Origin: a virus
DNA length: 64,000 bases
Reading direction: 5' to 3' (one strand)
Virus record (IMG/VR): IMGVR_UViG_3300029121_000001
The notes under the pieces were generated by a model. It was not told where the DNA came from. It searched no databases and worked only from the letters and a program-made list of their open reading frames with translations. Made by a program: the position numbers and the translations under genes. How positions within the stretch are numbered: position 1 is the first letter of the stretch; each line of letters starts with the position of its first letter. Positions 34,109 to 43,764 of this stretch are shown here, piece by piece.

Positions 34109-35044
34109 TTACTTGGTGAATGCAGGAACCTGAACAGGAGCATTATCATTAGAAGCTGCAGGCTGTGCAGGAGCAGCGGGAGCTGCAGGTGCCTGAGGAG
34201 CAGGCTGTGCATTCTGAGGCTGGATAGGCATATTGCTGTTAACAACAGGCTGTGCAGCGCCACGAGGATCCATAACAAAGCCGCTGTAGTTAGGCTGATA
34301 GCCATTCTGAACAACCTGAGTCTGTGCAGGCTGACCATACAGAGGATTACCATAGACCATACCATTCTGCTGGACAGGCTGATTGGGTACACTGTACTGA
34401 GGATTAGCCTGAGGGTTATATCCAACAGGTGCGCCCATCGGCTGCTGACCATACTGAGGATAACCACCCATCGGAACACCATAACCATAACCAGGAATAG
34501 GAGTACCAGTCAGGCTAGCATACATCATATACGGATTATTAGCACCCATCTGGTTATTCATAATACCGTTGTTGGTATTATAATAACGGTTCAGATCAGT
34601 GCAAGCAAGTTCGTACATCTTAGGTACCTTTTCAATGAAAGGATACATCTGGAAGTAGGTACGAGCTGCTTCTGCAGGCAGAGAACGATACTGAATCTTG
34701 ATCAGGTTGATCAGATCAAGGAAACGATCGGTGATCATCTTAGCATCTTCATTGGACATGGGGGTAGGATCAAACGTAGTATGGCAGCGCTGGCAAGTCC
34801 AAGTGCCATCAGGATTCTGAGTGACAGCAGGATCACCATTCTTCCAATAGTGATTGCAGATACCACGTGCAATCTCAGCTTTTGAAACTGCGAGATTAAA
34901 CTGGCTATCACCCTTCTGCATCAGGCTATCCATATCAGGAGTCAGCCAATCCTCAGTACGAGGGATTGCGTTCTGAGGCTGCATGGTCTGACCCATACCA
35001 TTCATTGCCATGCCATTCGGATACATACCATTCATGTTAGTCAT
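34109..35044 (-). CDS. low-complexity Q/N/P/G/M/Y-rich protein with a central Cys/His domain (311 aa), function unknown
   Basis: MTNMNGMYPNGMAMNGMGQTMQPQN.. at the N-terminus. About 130 aa of PQ/GY-rich sequence at the C-terminus (..GYPQYGQQPMGAPVGYNPQANPQYSVPNQP..APAAPAAPAQPAA). CNHYW..CQRCH core. AAAGGAG RBS. G/C-rich codon usage. Confidence 0.85.
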   Translation of the reverse strand: MTNMNGMYPNGMAMNGMGQTMQPQNAIPRTEDWLTPDMDSLMQKGDSQFNLAVSKAEIARGICNHYWKNGDPAVTQNPDGTWTCQRCHTTFDPTPMSNEDAKMITDRFLDLINLIKIQYRSLPAEAARTYFQMYPFIEKVPKMYELACTDLNRYYNTNNGIMNNQMGANNPYMMYASLTGTPIPGYGYGVPMGGYPQYGQQPMGAPVGYNPQANPQYSVPNQPVQQNGMVYGNPLYGQPAQTQVVQNGYQPNYSGFVMDPRGAAQPVVNSNMPIQPQNAQPAPQAPAAPAAPAQPAASNDNAPVQVPAFTK

Positions 35045-35126
35045 TGTTAGTTACTCCTTTGTTTTCTTAAATTTTTGCGCAAAAATTGAAGAACGACAAA
35101 CATAAGCATGTGAGATTCTACTTATG

Positions 35127-35147
35127 TTCATTATTATAATATATGCC
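35127..35147 (-). promoter_or_regulatory. candidate promoter motif GGCATATATTATAATAATGAA
   Basis: ATATATTATAATA box about 83 nt upstream of the 35044 start. Confidence 0.3.
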
Positions 35148-35225
35148 TAATTGCGATTTTAGCAATCGAAAATTAGGTATAACTATAACCAGTATTTTAG
35201 TGTTGTAGTGGGTGTAGTTTTATAC

Positions 35226-35732
35226 TTATTCTTTCATGATAGCATCCTTGACATTGTTAGGAACGCCCTTAATATCAGTAGACAGAATAGATCCTCTAAA
35301 CTGTCCATACATGGTACCAGGTGCAGTGTTTTCATTATCGAGATATCCTCTAGCAGATGCAGCATTATAGATGCTATCACTAGTGATCTCAGCAATAATA
35401 TCATCCTTAGATTTACTAGTTCCAACAGGAGTGAAATCAGCAAGCTGTGTTTTTGCATCACCAGGTTTAGCTGTGATGAAAGATCTAATATAAGCAATAT
35501 TATCAAAACTACAATATGTGACTTTAAAAGGTGCCTGAGACTGATGGGTATTCATAACATCATATGATCCATCAGGAGTATTCTTCTTAACCTCAATAAC
35601 ACCATCGCCTTTTAGAAAAAGCCAATGCCCTTCGATATTACCACGCATACAAGCAGCAGAATCTCCAAGGTCAATTTCAAAAGGACGATCCTTATACTTT
35701 TCAAATAGATACAAGACATCTTCACGAGTCAT
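35226..35732 (-). CDS. hypothetical protein (168 aa)
   Basis: AAAGGAGAATAC RBS region. Long ORF. Confidence 0.8.
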   Translation of the reverse strand: MTREDVLYLFEKYKDRPFEIDLGDSAACMRGNIEGHWLFLKGDGVIEVKKNTPDGSYDVMNTHQSQAPFKVTYCSFDNIAYIRSFITAKPGDAKTQLADFTPVGTSKSKDDIIAEITSDSIYNAASARGYLDNENTAPGTMYGQFRGSILSTDIKGVPNNVKDAIMKE

Positions 35733-35753
35733 TATAGTATTCTCCTTTACATT

Positions 35754-36668
35754 TTATTTTTTATAGAGCTTTCTATAATTGTTAAGATCATTAGTAAGAT
35801 TGATAAGCAGCAATGCATTACCAGTATTCTTAACAGCTTTGAACTTGTTATAGAGAATAGAGTAGATTGCAATATCTCTTTCGCACATGCTCATGGATCT
35901 TACAATATTTCTGATCATATTATCAGTAGTGCTAAGAAGGATAAATCTTTCATTATCGGACGTAGCAAACTGCATACGATTCAGATAATCACTATAGAAA
36001 TAATTCTGAGTATAGAGATTTGCACTATTAAGATTAATCTTATTAGCACAGAAATCGATAAGAGTATCGATAACAACATGGTTGATGATATATTTGCCAT
36101 ACTTAGAATAATCAACTTTACCGGCAATCATTTCATCAATGATGCGATCAGCATTTCTACTAACCTCATCAATACTCATTTTATTGCCATTCAGAAAATC
36201 TTCACCACGCTGATCAATCATACGAGAAAACCAGTTATTTACTTTTCGAGTAGGTAAAAAGCTTTCTGCAGGATTATTAATAAGTGAAGATTGTACAGGA
36301 ATAGGATCCATCTTAGGTTCTACTTTAACAGTAGTAGGATCTTCAACAGGACAAACACCAAACTTTTCAGAGATATCATTTACAACACCAGAGCAACCAA
36401 TGAGATTAGAGAAATCAGGATTAATAACTTCCTGATTTGCACTAATTTCATCTTTAGGCTGATCCGGAAGAATTGCCTTATCAAAATTAAGTGTTTCAGA
36501 AGGACCAGTTGTGTTAGGATCATCAACAGGAGTAATCTTCATCATGCCTTCAGGAATATCGATATTTACTTCGATAGGCTTAGGTGTTGTACCATTGACG
36601 ATATTCTGATAGACTGCATAGTTGGGTCCAAAATATCCATAACCATTGTATCCATTGTTATAAAACAT
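35754..36668 (-). CDS. hypothetical protein (304 aa)
   Basis: AAAAGGAGAT RBS. Long ORF. Confidence 0.8.
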   Translation of the reverse strand: MFYNNGYNGYGYFGPNYAVYQNIVNGTTPKPIEVNIDIPEGMMKITPVDDPNTTGPSETLNFDKAILPDQPKDEISANQEVINPDFSNLIGCSGVVNDISEKFGVCPVEDPTTVKVEPKMDPIPVQSSLINNPAESFLPTRKVNNWFSRMIDQRGEDFLNGNKMSIDEVSRNADRIIDEMIAGKVDYSKYGKYIINHVVIDTLIDFCANKINLNSANLYTQNYFYSDYLNRMQFATSDNERFILLSTTDNMIRNIVRSMSMCERDIAIYSILYNKFKAVKNTGNALLLINLTNDLNNYRKLYKK

Positions 36669-36687
36669 AATATAATCTCCTTTTCAA

Positions 36688-36710
36688 ATTTATATTATAA
36701 TATATCTTCG
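36688..36710 (-). promoter_or_regulatory. candidate promoter motif GAAGATATATTATAATATAAAT
   Basis: ATATATTATAATA box overlapping the stop of the upstream gene, about 20 nt before the 36668 start. Confidence 0.3.
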
Positions 36711-37156
36711 AGAATAGTTTTATCTCCTACTTGTTCAGATGGATCAAATTCATTGATATCAAATCCAATTCCATCATCAAGTACTTTATGATCTTCAAAC
36801 ATAACTTTCATAAATCTAAAGACAGTAATTGGTTTAGATTTAGGAATTACATTAGGTTTGAGTTGATTCTCATCTTGATCACAAGAGATAATGAAAGATA
36901 GATTAGGATCTATAGCCTCACCCATGATCATCGTTTTAAGATAATCATAAGTATTCTGTCTTCCCTTACTAATACTCCAATCTCTTGAAGTATCAATATC
37001 ATAGGTGGTAAGAAGTAAGATATAGATCTTCTCTTCAGGATCGTCATCGAGTGTGATAGCTGGAATAGCCATTGCTAAACTATCGCCAGTTTCGCTTTCG
37101 ATATCAGAAATTATTCTCTGTACATCCGGATCTGTCATTGCATCATAATGCTGCAT
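36695..37156 (-). CDS. hypothetical acidic protein (153 aa)
   Basis: ORF overlaps the upstream gene by 22 nt. Confidence 0.7.
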   Translation of the reverse strand: MQHYDAMTDPDVQRIISDIESETGDSLAMAIPAITLDDDPEEKIYILLLTTYDIDTSRDWSISKGRQNTYDYLKTMIMGEAIDPNLSFIISCDQDENQLKPNVIPKSKPITVFRFMKVMFEDHKVLDDGIGFDINEFDPSEQVGDKTILEDIL

Positions 37157-37620
37157 ATTTTAATCTCCTCATCTTTATATCCATTATTAAATTCATCTTC
37201 ATCTAGTAATGTAAATCCATTATATAAGCAAGATCTAATCACTAGAGAATTCAAAGCTTCTGCTTTCTTATTCTTTGGTGCATCGATACCAATTTCAACA
37301 CCAATCATAGGAAGTCTATCAATTAATTTATATCCTCTGATATCATTATATCTTACATTCATCATACGATTACCAAAGATAAATTTTACAAACTTCTTAT
37401 CATTCTTTTTAGATTGGTAAGCATACATCAAAACTCCAGAAATATTAGAACTCAATCTGTAGCTTCTATAACCAGATTTGTATTGAAGATTCATCCATAA
37501 TCCACCCATAGAATCTCTACAAAGATTACTGATCAATTCAGGATGGAGAACATTTCTTACGTTCTCCAAAGAAGGAATTGCAGTATATCCAAAAGGATTA
37601 AAAGTGTACATATCGTCCAT
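37135..37620 (-). CDS. hypothetical protein (161 aa)
   Basis: AAGGAGAT RBS region. ORF in the operon. Confidence 0.75.
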   Translation of the reverse strand: MDDMYTFNPFGYTAIPSLENVRNVLHPELISNLCRDSMGGLWMNLQYKSGYRSYRLSSNISGVLMYAYQSKKNDKKFVKFIFGNRMMNVRYNDIRGYKLIDRLPMIGVEIGIDAPKNKKAEALNSLVIRSCLYNGFTLLDEDEFNNGYKDEEIKICSIMMQ

Positions 37621-37632
37621 CTTAATATCTCC

Positions 37633-38841
37633 TTAGAATCCAGCTGACCAAAATTTAGGTCTATTAATTACATAAAACATTTGTTGCTTGAATCGAGTAA
37701 TCGCTGTATAATTCAAAGCTCTGGTGATATTTGGCATATATTCTTCAATATAAGTACCACATTGGTATTCAGAGCCTTGTGCCAAATGAACTGTAGATGC
37801 ATATGCATATTCAAATCTCTCGCCTTCAAGAAATTGATCATCATCCATCTTTTTACGCTGTTTATAATCAGCATTGATATATTCATAATTTATATCAACA
37901 TTTTCAAATGGATAAGGAATTAAATCTGGTAAGAAATTGATACTTAATGTTTTGCCATTATAATTACCAGGATCAGGTTGCCTAATGACAGTTCCAGTTA
38001 GTCCATTTACTAGAGGTATATTTTCAACAACTTTATCCCAATTATTATGTCTACAAATTACCCGTTCTCCTACTGTAGGAAATCTTACTACTTTATGTAA
38101 GATTTCCTTTCTTACAATATTATTTAGATCATCTTTTGTTTTATTTCTTGCACATAAAACAATATGAGATCTAGATAAAATGTCATTATTTAATTCATCT
38201 CTGAATATAACGAATGCAGAATTACCATACATTCCAGGAATAATAGGTTCTCCATTTCTTGCTCTACTAGCAAGATAAACAATTGGAGAATCTTCTGCTT
38301 GTCTCATTAATTCTGTAAGATGATAAATAATTCCATCTTGTAAGAATGCTGGATTGCCATCAATAGGTGGTAGCTGTCCAGGATCGCCAGCAGCAAGTAC
38401 TTTAATATGAATATTATCCAACAGGTTTTTAACCCATCTAGGTGCCATCCAAGCTTCATCAAGAACAATTAATTTAATTCTAGTATCTTTAAAACTCTTA
38501 GGCTTAAAATTCCATTTAGTCTTAACAGTATTAAATTTCTTATCATAAATTAATCGTCCATTATTATCTCTCAGAGGAACTTTTTCTGGATCCATTAATC
38601 CTGCATGACAAGTACATGCATTAGCAAATCCTTTTGTTCTCATAATAGTACAAGCTTGACCAGTATATGCTATAGGAAGAATCTCTTCAGTTCTTAATCC
38701 AAGCCTTCTGATAATCTCTGCTATAACTACACTTTTACCAGTTCCAGCATATCCAGCAATAGAAAAATATTGCTCAGATGAATACTTAAACCAATATACT
38801 GCTTTAGTAGCAGCTTCTTCTTGTCCTTTATTTAAGATCAT
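37633..38841 (-). CDS. SF1 ATP-dependent DNA helicase, RecD/Dda-like (402 aa)
   Basis: Walker A GYAGTGKS; Walker B LIVLDEAWM; AAGDPGQLPPI; STVHLAQGSEY. These are typical RecD/Dda motifs I, II, III and V/VI. Confidence 0.85.
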   Translation of the reverse strand: MILNKGQEEAATKAVYWFKYSSEQYFSIAGYAGTGKSVVIAEIIRRLGLRTEEILPIAYTGQACTIMRTKGFANACTCHAGLMDPEKVPLRDNNGRLIYDKKFNTVKTKWNFKPKSFKDTRIKLIVLDEAWMAPRWVKNLLDNIHIKVLAAGDPGQLPPIDGNPAFLQDGIIYHLTELMRQAEDSPIVYLASRARNGEPIIPGMYGNSAFVIFRDELNNDILSRSHIVLCARNKTKDDLNNIVRKEILHKVVRFPTVGERVICRHNNWDKVVENIPLVNGLTGTVIRQPDPGNYNGKTLSINFLPDLIPYPFENVDINYEYINADYKQRKKMDDDQFLEGERFEYAYASTVHLAQGSEYQCGTYIEEYMPNITRALNYTAITRFKQQMFYVINRPKFWSAGF

Positions 38842-39335
38842 TCATTATTTCCCTCTTCATCTTGATCGATATCATATTTAGTAAGATCGATATCATCAAA
38901 GGTACCATTGATCAAGAAAATAGATTCTAGATAGCAAAGAATCTTATTCTTAAACCAATTGCCTACCCATTTATCTCCATTACTAAATTTAATCTCTAAA
39001 CGATACAGATGGTTATCGTCATCTTTATCAAAGAAATATGTCAAAACTTCAGGAATGTTTTGCATATCTTCAGAACTATTATCATCAAGAAACTTACCAA
39101 ACAATCTCTCAATGATTTTAGTACATTTAGGATCTAACGGATCAAGTTTTACATCATATTCAGATACATAAAGAGATTTGTTTACATCGTTATTTGCTTT
39201 AATAATCTTTCCCTCAAAACTGATAGGACTCTTAGTATCTTGATCAACCAATACGTTCGTATTAGGTTGAAGCTCCATACCAATAGCAATTAACAACTTC
39301 TTTGTGATTTCGATGCTTTCGTTTCTATCGAACAT
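38838..39335 (-). CDS. hypothetical acidic protein (165 aa)
   Basis: TTGGAGGCTATATT ATG start. Stop overlaps the helicase start. Confidence 0.75.
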   Translation of the reverse strand: MFDRNESIEITKKLLIAIGMELQPNTNVLVDQDTKSPISFEGKIIKANNDVNKSLYVSEYDVKLDPLDPKCTKIIERLFGKFLDDNSSEDMQNIPEVLTYFFDKDDDNHLYRLEIKFSNGDKWVGNWFKNKILCYLESIFLINGTFDDIDLTKYDIDQDEEGNNE

Positions 39336-39448
39336 AATATAGCCTCCAAAAATTTAGTATGATCAATTTTTATATTGATCATTATTATAATATCTTCTCA
39401 TGGGTGAATTTGGTATATCAAAACTCATATATAAAAGGAGTGAATATT

Positions 39449-39853
39449 ATGAATGCCAATAACATGAATCCAGATTCTTATGCTAATAGCCCAGAATTGC
39501 TATATGGACCACATTACGCTATTCTGCAAGGAACAGTTACTTTTAATAATCCTAAAGGAAAATTCAAACTTGATTATGTAAATCCTAATGGAGAATCAAA
39601 AATCAAAGGTGGAGATACAATAGAACTTACAGTTCCTAAATTCTTCTTCTATATTATGCCGCATGGAGATTATATTCCTGATGGCATTAAGACTACATTC
39701 ATTCGTACACCAGATGCTGTTGGCGGTATCATGTCATGTGATCCTAAACAGTTAGTTTATAGAAGAGAATATACAGCAGGAACTAAATTTATTGTTGTAA
39801 ATATGGGTGGTAATATTGATACTCCTAGAATTATAGGTATAGATGAGGGGTGA
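39449..39853 (+). CDS. hypothetical protein (134 aa)
   Basis: Start moved to the ATG at 39449, after AAAAGGAGTG. The ORF-track start upstream has no RBS. Confidence 0.75.
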   Translation: MNANNMNPDSYANSPELLYGPHYAILQGTVTFNNPKGKFKLDYVNPNGESKIKGGDTIELTVPKFFFYIMPHGDYIPDGIKTTFIRTPDAVGGIMSCDPKQLVYRREYTAGTKFIVVNMGGNIDTPRIIGIDEG

Positions 39854-39859
39854 TATTGA

Positions 39860-40333
39860 ATGGCAGACATTGGATTTGCTGGTTCTGCAGATAAGACAAC
39901 CACTGTTCAAGAATTCATAGCTATTAGAACTACAGATGATGTAACGTATTATAATTATTCTATCGTAGAATATTTGAATGGATTTGATATGTTCATTACA
40001 AATCTTTTATATGACTACGAAGATGAACTACAAAGTGTTACTACTTATATTAAACTTAGTCCTAGAGAAAAAGCAAAATATAAGTATAAGCCTTGGCTAT
40101 TTGCTTATGATGTATATGGATCTACTGAAGCTCAATTTATCGTAATGATGTTAAATGGGATCATTGATCCAAAGGAATTTGATTTCGACAGGGTAAAAGT
40201 TATTAATCCTTCTAATCTATCTACAATATTAAATAGAATTCAAGCAGTCAATGAAGATTATTTGAATAAGAATAGAACTAAATTGAAAAATGATTTTAAA
40301 AATAATAATGGAAATGAAGTCTGGGCAGTATAA
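39860..40333 (+). CDS. hypothetical protein (157 aa)
   Basis: GAGGGGTGATATTGA ATG start. Followed by a 16-bp hairpin terminator. Confidence 0.75.
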   Translation: MADIGFAGSADKTTTVQEFIAIRTTDDVTYYNYSIVEYLNGFDMFITNLLYDYEDELQSVTTYIKLSPREKAKYKYKPWLFAYDVYGSTEAQFIVMMLNGIIDPKEFDFDRVKVINPSNLSTILNRIQAVNEDYLNKNRTKLKNDFKNNNGNEVWAV

Positions 40334-40334
40334 A

Positions 40335-40384
40335 AAATAAATTTAATGTAGTAGGATTTTGTTCCTACTACATTAAATTTTGTT
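40335..40384. terminator. bidirectional rho-independent terminator between convergent genes
   Basis: 16-bp stem ATTTAATGTAGTAGGA / TCCTACTACATTAAAT with A/T runs on both sides. Confidence 0.8.
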
Positions 40385-40387
40385 CAA

Positions 40388-42301
40388 TTATCTCATTGCA
40401 AGAATTCCATCATGAATGACAGATCCATTATCATCAACAAAAACTATAGCAGAGTTATCTCCCATAATTTTTCTATCAAGAAGATGCTGTTCCCATTCAG
40501 ATATTCCTCTATTCATAATAAGAGTAGTCTCTACAGGAGTAGATTCTCTAAATGGAATAGCAGGAACAGAAGGTTTACCAGATACGACAAAAGAATCCTG
40601 ATTCTCATTTCTTGCTAATAGAATATTAGTTACAGGTCTATATGCTACACCTACATCTTCTACTCTCTTACCAGGTTCATTATTAGTCTCACTACCCATA
40701 ACATTTTGTCCAAAAAGATCATCGTCATCAGAATGACTAATCCTCTTAGAAATTCTTGTTCTACTAACTTGATTGTCATCTTTAAGCTGTCTCTTAAATG
40801 AAGGTACTGTAGCATAAAGATCTTCAGTCAATTTAATATTATTCATGGGAAGATAAGGCTGATAGAATAAATCTAGAGTACATTTAGTTCTTGTTTTAAT
40901 ACATTTAAATCCCATGTAATTATTATCATGAGAATCAGATTCCTTATTAATGATAATACCAAGATCACAGTTATCAATCATCAAATAAGACTCTGATACA
41001 TTAAAACTACCAAGAGATCTAATAAGATCTTTTTTATTAGCAGATGAAGAATCATCAAGAACTTTAGATGCATCTCTATTCAAATGAGAATCTGTAATAA
41101 CTGGAATATTGGTTGCATTTGCAAATGCTTTAAATTCATTTACAATTTCACCAAGATCCAATCTAATATCATTTCGTCTATTTACTGGACGAATTCTCTT
41201 AATATGATCTTGAAAGAAGCAAATTGGTTCACGACCTGATTCTCTAAGCTTATCAGTCAATGTATACAGATAATCTGTATTCACAGATAGATTAGGCTTA
41301 TAGATCATTACTAAGTCAATAGGATCTGTATCCTTATCATATCCCAAACCATTTTGTCTGAAGATATTGATAGAATCTTCCAACGAGCAATCGTTTAAAG
41401 TTTTACCACCAGAAACCATGCTCATCATACGAGCAATATTTTCATCTTCAGAGTTTTCCATAGTAAGAAATACAATAGTAGGAATCTTTGTAGGATCATG
41501 TGGAATATAGTCTTTATTATATTTCTTAATTTGCATTGCAAGATCAAGCATGGTAAATGATTTACCACCCGCTGCTTGTGCAAATAGAATATAAACACGA
41601 GTTGCTTGGAATCCACCATCAAGCATCATATTCAATCCAGTAATTCCAGTTCTAAGAATTCTAGAAGGACTATTCTGTCTAGCATGTACATCAGACAGTA
41701 CACTTTCAAACTCATTAGGCATAAGTGTAAACATCTGAGACTGACTAATAGAATCGTCCATTTTATTAAACTGCATATTTAAATCTGCAGTCATTTGTTG
41801 AATCCGATTAACTACATCAGATCTTCTAGTATAATTAGCATTATGAAGATTACTAGCTAAACTTAAAATCTCATCATATCTGTCATCGACAAAATAAGAT
41901 TTTACTAATTCATTTGCTTGTTCATTAAGATAAGCAAGAACTTCATCAGAAATTTCTTCCATAGAAGATGTATCCAGCAAAGATTTATCCATAATACCAC
42001 CATTGATATATTGGATAATCATATCTTTATTAGTCAGCTTCTTATCAATTCTTGCTTCGAGACCTCTCTTAATGAACTTGATACGATCGATTCTATCAAT
42101 ATCACTTCCATATTGATTTTCATCTACTCTATTGAATAATTCTCTGATCAGATTCAGATTACTAATCCTGATATTCTGATTCATAGAAATTACATATCTA
42201 CAATAGAAGTCGAGAGTCTTTATATCAAATAGAGGTTTGATAGTTTCATCGATTTTATCTTTCACTATGGAACGATTATTAACTTTTCTCACAATATTCA
42301 T
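40388..42301 (-). CDS. DnaB-family replicative helicase-like protein (RecA-fold C-terminal domain)
   Basis: Walker A FAQAAGGKSFTM; FLTMENSEDENIARMMS (compare SLEMS..R); FFQDHIKRI (compare DYLQLM); VITDSHLNRD (compare SQLNR). Start set at the ATG at 42301, after GGAG. Confidence 0.6.
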   Translation of the reverse strand: MNIVRKVNNRSIVKDKIDETIKPLFDIKTLDFYCRYVISMNQNIRISNLNLIRELFNRVDENQYGSDIDRIDRIKFIKRGLEARIDKKLTNKDMIIQYINGGIMDKSLLDTSSMEEISDEVLAYLNEQANELVKSYFVDDRYDEILSLASNLHNANYTRRSDVVNRIQQMTADLNMQFNKMDDSISQSQMFTLMPNEFESVLSDVHARQNSPSRILRTGITGLNMMLDGGFQATRVYILFAQAAGGKSFTMLDLAMQIKKYNKDYIPHDPTKIPTIVFLTMENSEDENIARMMSMVSGGKTLNDCSLEDSINIFRQNGLGYDKDTDPIDLVMIYKPNLSVNTDYLYTLTDKLRESGREPICFFQDHIKRIRPVNRRNDIRLDLGEIVNEFKAFANATNIPVITDSHLNRDASKVLDDSSSANKKDLIRSLGSFNVSESYLMIDNCDLGIIINKESDSHDNNYMGFKCIKTRTKCTLDLFYQPYLPMNNIKLTEDLYATVPSFKRQLKDDNQVSRTRISKRISHSDDDDLFGQNVMGSETNNEPGKRVEDVGVAYRPVTNILLARNENQDSFVVSGKPSVPAIPFRESTPVETTLIMNRGISEWEQHLLDRKIMGDNSAIVFVDDNGSVIHDGILAMR

Positions 42302-42384
42302 AGCGCATTCTCCGTTCCTCAATTATGGTTAATAATGTGTGAGATTATTAATCAAAACTGAAGAAATTATAATCTATCGAATTC

Positions 42385-42732
42385 TCAAATATAAGTATGA
42401 ATTACACTTGGATACATAGTTTGCCATTGCCTTCTAATTGTATTATTCTCATCACATTCAGGATAAGCTTTAGTACAATTAATAGCATTATTAAAATCTT
42501 GATCCATATTAATTCTACTACGAAGAGTATAATCATCTACAATATCAGTAGCATCTACTCCTACCGGAACATTGAGTGGATAAATTTTAATATTAGTGGC
42601 TTTATATGTATTTGTCAAATAAGTTCTAAAACCGATTTGCCAAGTAGGAGAAAAATCATCAGGAATTCTAAGATATCCTAAAGTATGAGTTCCATTGGAA
42701 CCGTTATCAAAATCTATCCCTACAATTCTCAT
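42385..42732 (-). CDS. hypothetical protein (115 aa)
   Basis: AAAGGAGAATAAGT ATG start. Confidence 0.7.
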   Translation of the reverse strand: MRIVGIDFDNGSNGTHTLGYLRIPDDFSPTWQIGFRTYLTNTYKATNIKIYPLNVPVGVDATDIVDDYTLRSRINMDQDFNNAINCTKAYPECDENNTIRRQWQTMYPSVIHTYI

Positions 42733-42744
42733 ACTTATTCTCCT

Positions 42745-43152
42745 TTAACCGAGAATGATAGCTACAATAGCAACAATAATAGAAGCAATAGCAATAATAC
42801 TATTAAACTTAGATACTACTTTGAGAGCGGTGATTTGATTTTCGAGATTGCCGATTTTTGTATACGCTCTTTGAATGTTGCCATCTTGAATTTCAATAAT
42901 ATTAGAAACTCTATCAAGAAGAGCTTTAGTATCAGGACTAGGCTGATTCATAAGTTTATTAAGAGCTTCAGGATTAATTCCATTATTGAATCCACCATGG
43001 CTCATAAGATTTCTGATTTCATCATTCGTTAATAGTGTTCTTTCTTCATTTTCAGATGTAGAATCACTACTTCTAATCTCATTTTCTGCAAATCCATTTT
43101 CATTGGTAGTATCGTTGTTAGTTGCCATATTGTTTTCTTCATTCATCATCAC
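42745..43152 (-). CDS. hypothetical tail-anchored membrane protein (135 aa)
   Basis: C-terminal hydrophobic helix FNSIIAIASIIVAIVAIILG. Preceding segment looks coiled-coil. Confidence 0.7.
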   Translation of the reverse strand: MMMNEENNMATNNDTTNENGFAENEIRSSDSTSENEERTLLTNDEIRNLMSHGGFNNGINPEALNKLMNQPSPDTKALLDRVSNIIEIQDGNIQRAYTKIGNLENQITALKVVSKFNSIIAIASIIVAIVAIILG

Positions 43153-43555
43153 TAATCTCCTTTTCTTCTTTATACTCTCTATTATTCAAAGCAAGAACGC
43201 CTTTGACAATCATATTGTCAAATCTAATATTCGTAGCTTCGATAATGGTAGTATGTCTAAAATATTGAATATCATCATCTTCAGGTTCTTTAATAGATTT
43301 CCAATATTCAAGAGCATCCATAATACAATGCTTATTGATTTCCATATAGTATGTAATATTTCTTTTTTCACTACCAGAATATATACCAAATGGCAAATAC
43401 AAATTATTTTCATCATAGCATGGATATGCCATTGTATCTTCATTCTTACAATTAGAATTATTATTAAGAATACGAATTAGTGGAAAATTATCAGGAGTTT
43501 TATGATAATCGCTTCTTGAAATTTCTATTTTACTGTCCATTGAATTCACCATCAT
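43139..43555 (-). CDS. hypothetical protein (138 aa), paralogue of the 43530-43760 product
   Basis: Shared block: N[LY]Y[LI]P..(I/Y)..I(N/D)KHCIMDA(L/I)(E/K)(Y/H)W(K/E)S. Confidence 0.7.
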   Translation of the reverse strand: MMVNSMDSKIEISRSDYHKTPDNFPLIRILNNNSNCKNEDTMAYPCYDENNLYLPFGIYSGSEKRNITYYMEINKHCIMDALEYWKSIKEPEDDDIQYFRHTTIIEATNIRFDNMIVKGVLALNNREYKEEKEISDDE

Positions 43556-43760
43556 TCATAGATTCCCAATGTTTAATAGCATCCATAATACAATGCTTAT
43601 CTATTTTAATATAAGCAACAATCCTACCAGTAAATATTGGAATATAAAGATAATTGTCATCATACTGTGCATGTGCTTGAGGATATGAAGTTCCAGAATT
43701 ATCTGCTTGCCTCATTGTTTCAGATGCTGGATATGCATCAGGAGTTCCATAATAATTCAT
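43530..43760 (-). CDS. hypothetical protein (76 aa), paralogue of the 43139-43555 product
   Basis: Same KHCIMDA..W.S block. Tandem arrangement. Confidence 0.65.
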   Translation of the reverse strand: MNYYGTPDAYPASETMRQADNSGTSYPQAHAQYDDNYLYIPIFTGRIVAYIKIDKHCIMDAIKHWESMNDGEFNGQ

Positions 43761-43764
43761 ATCA

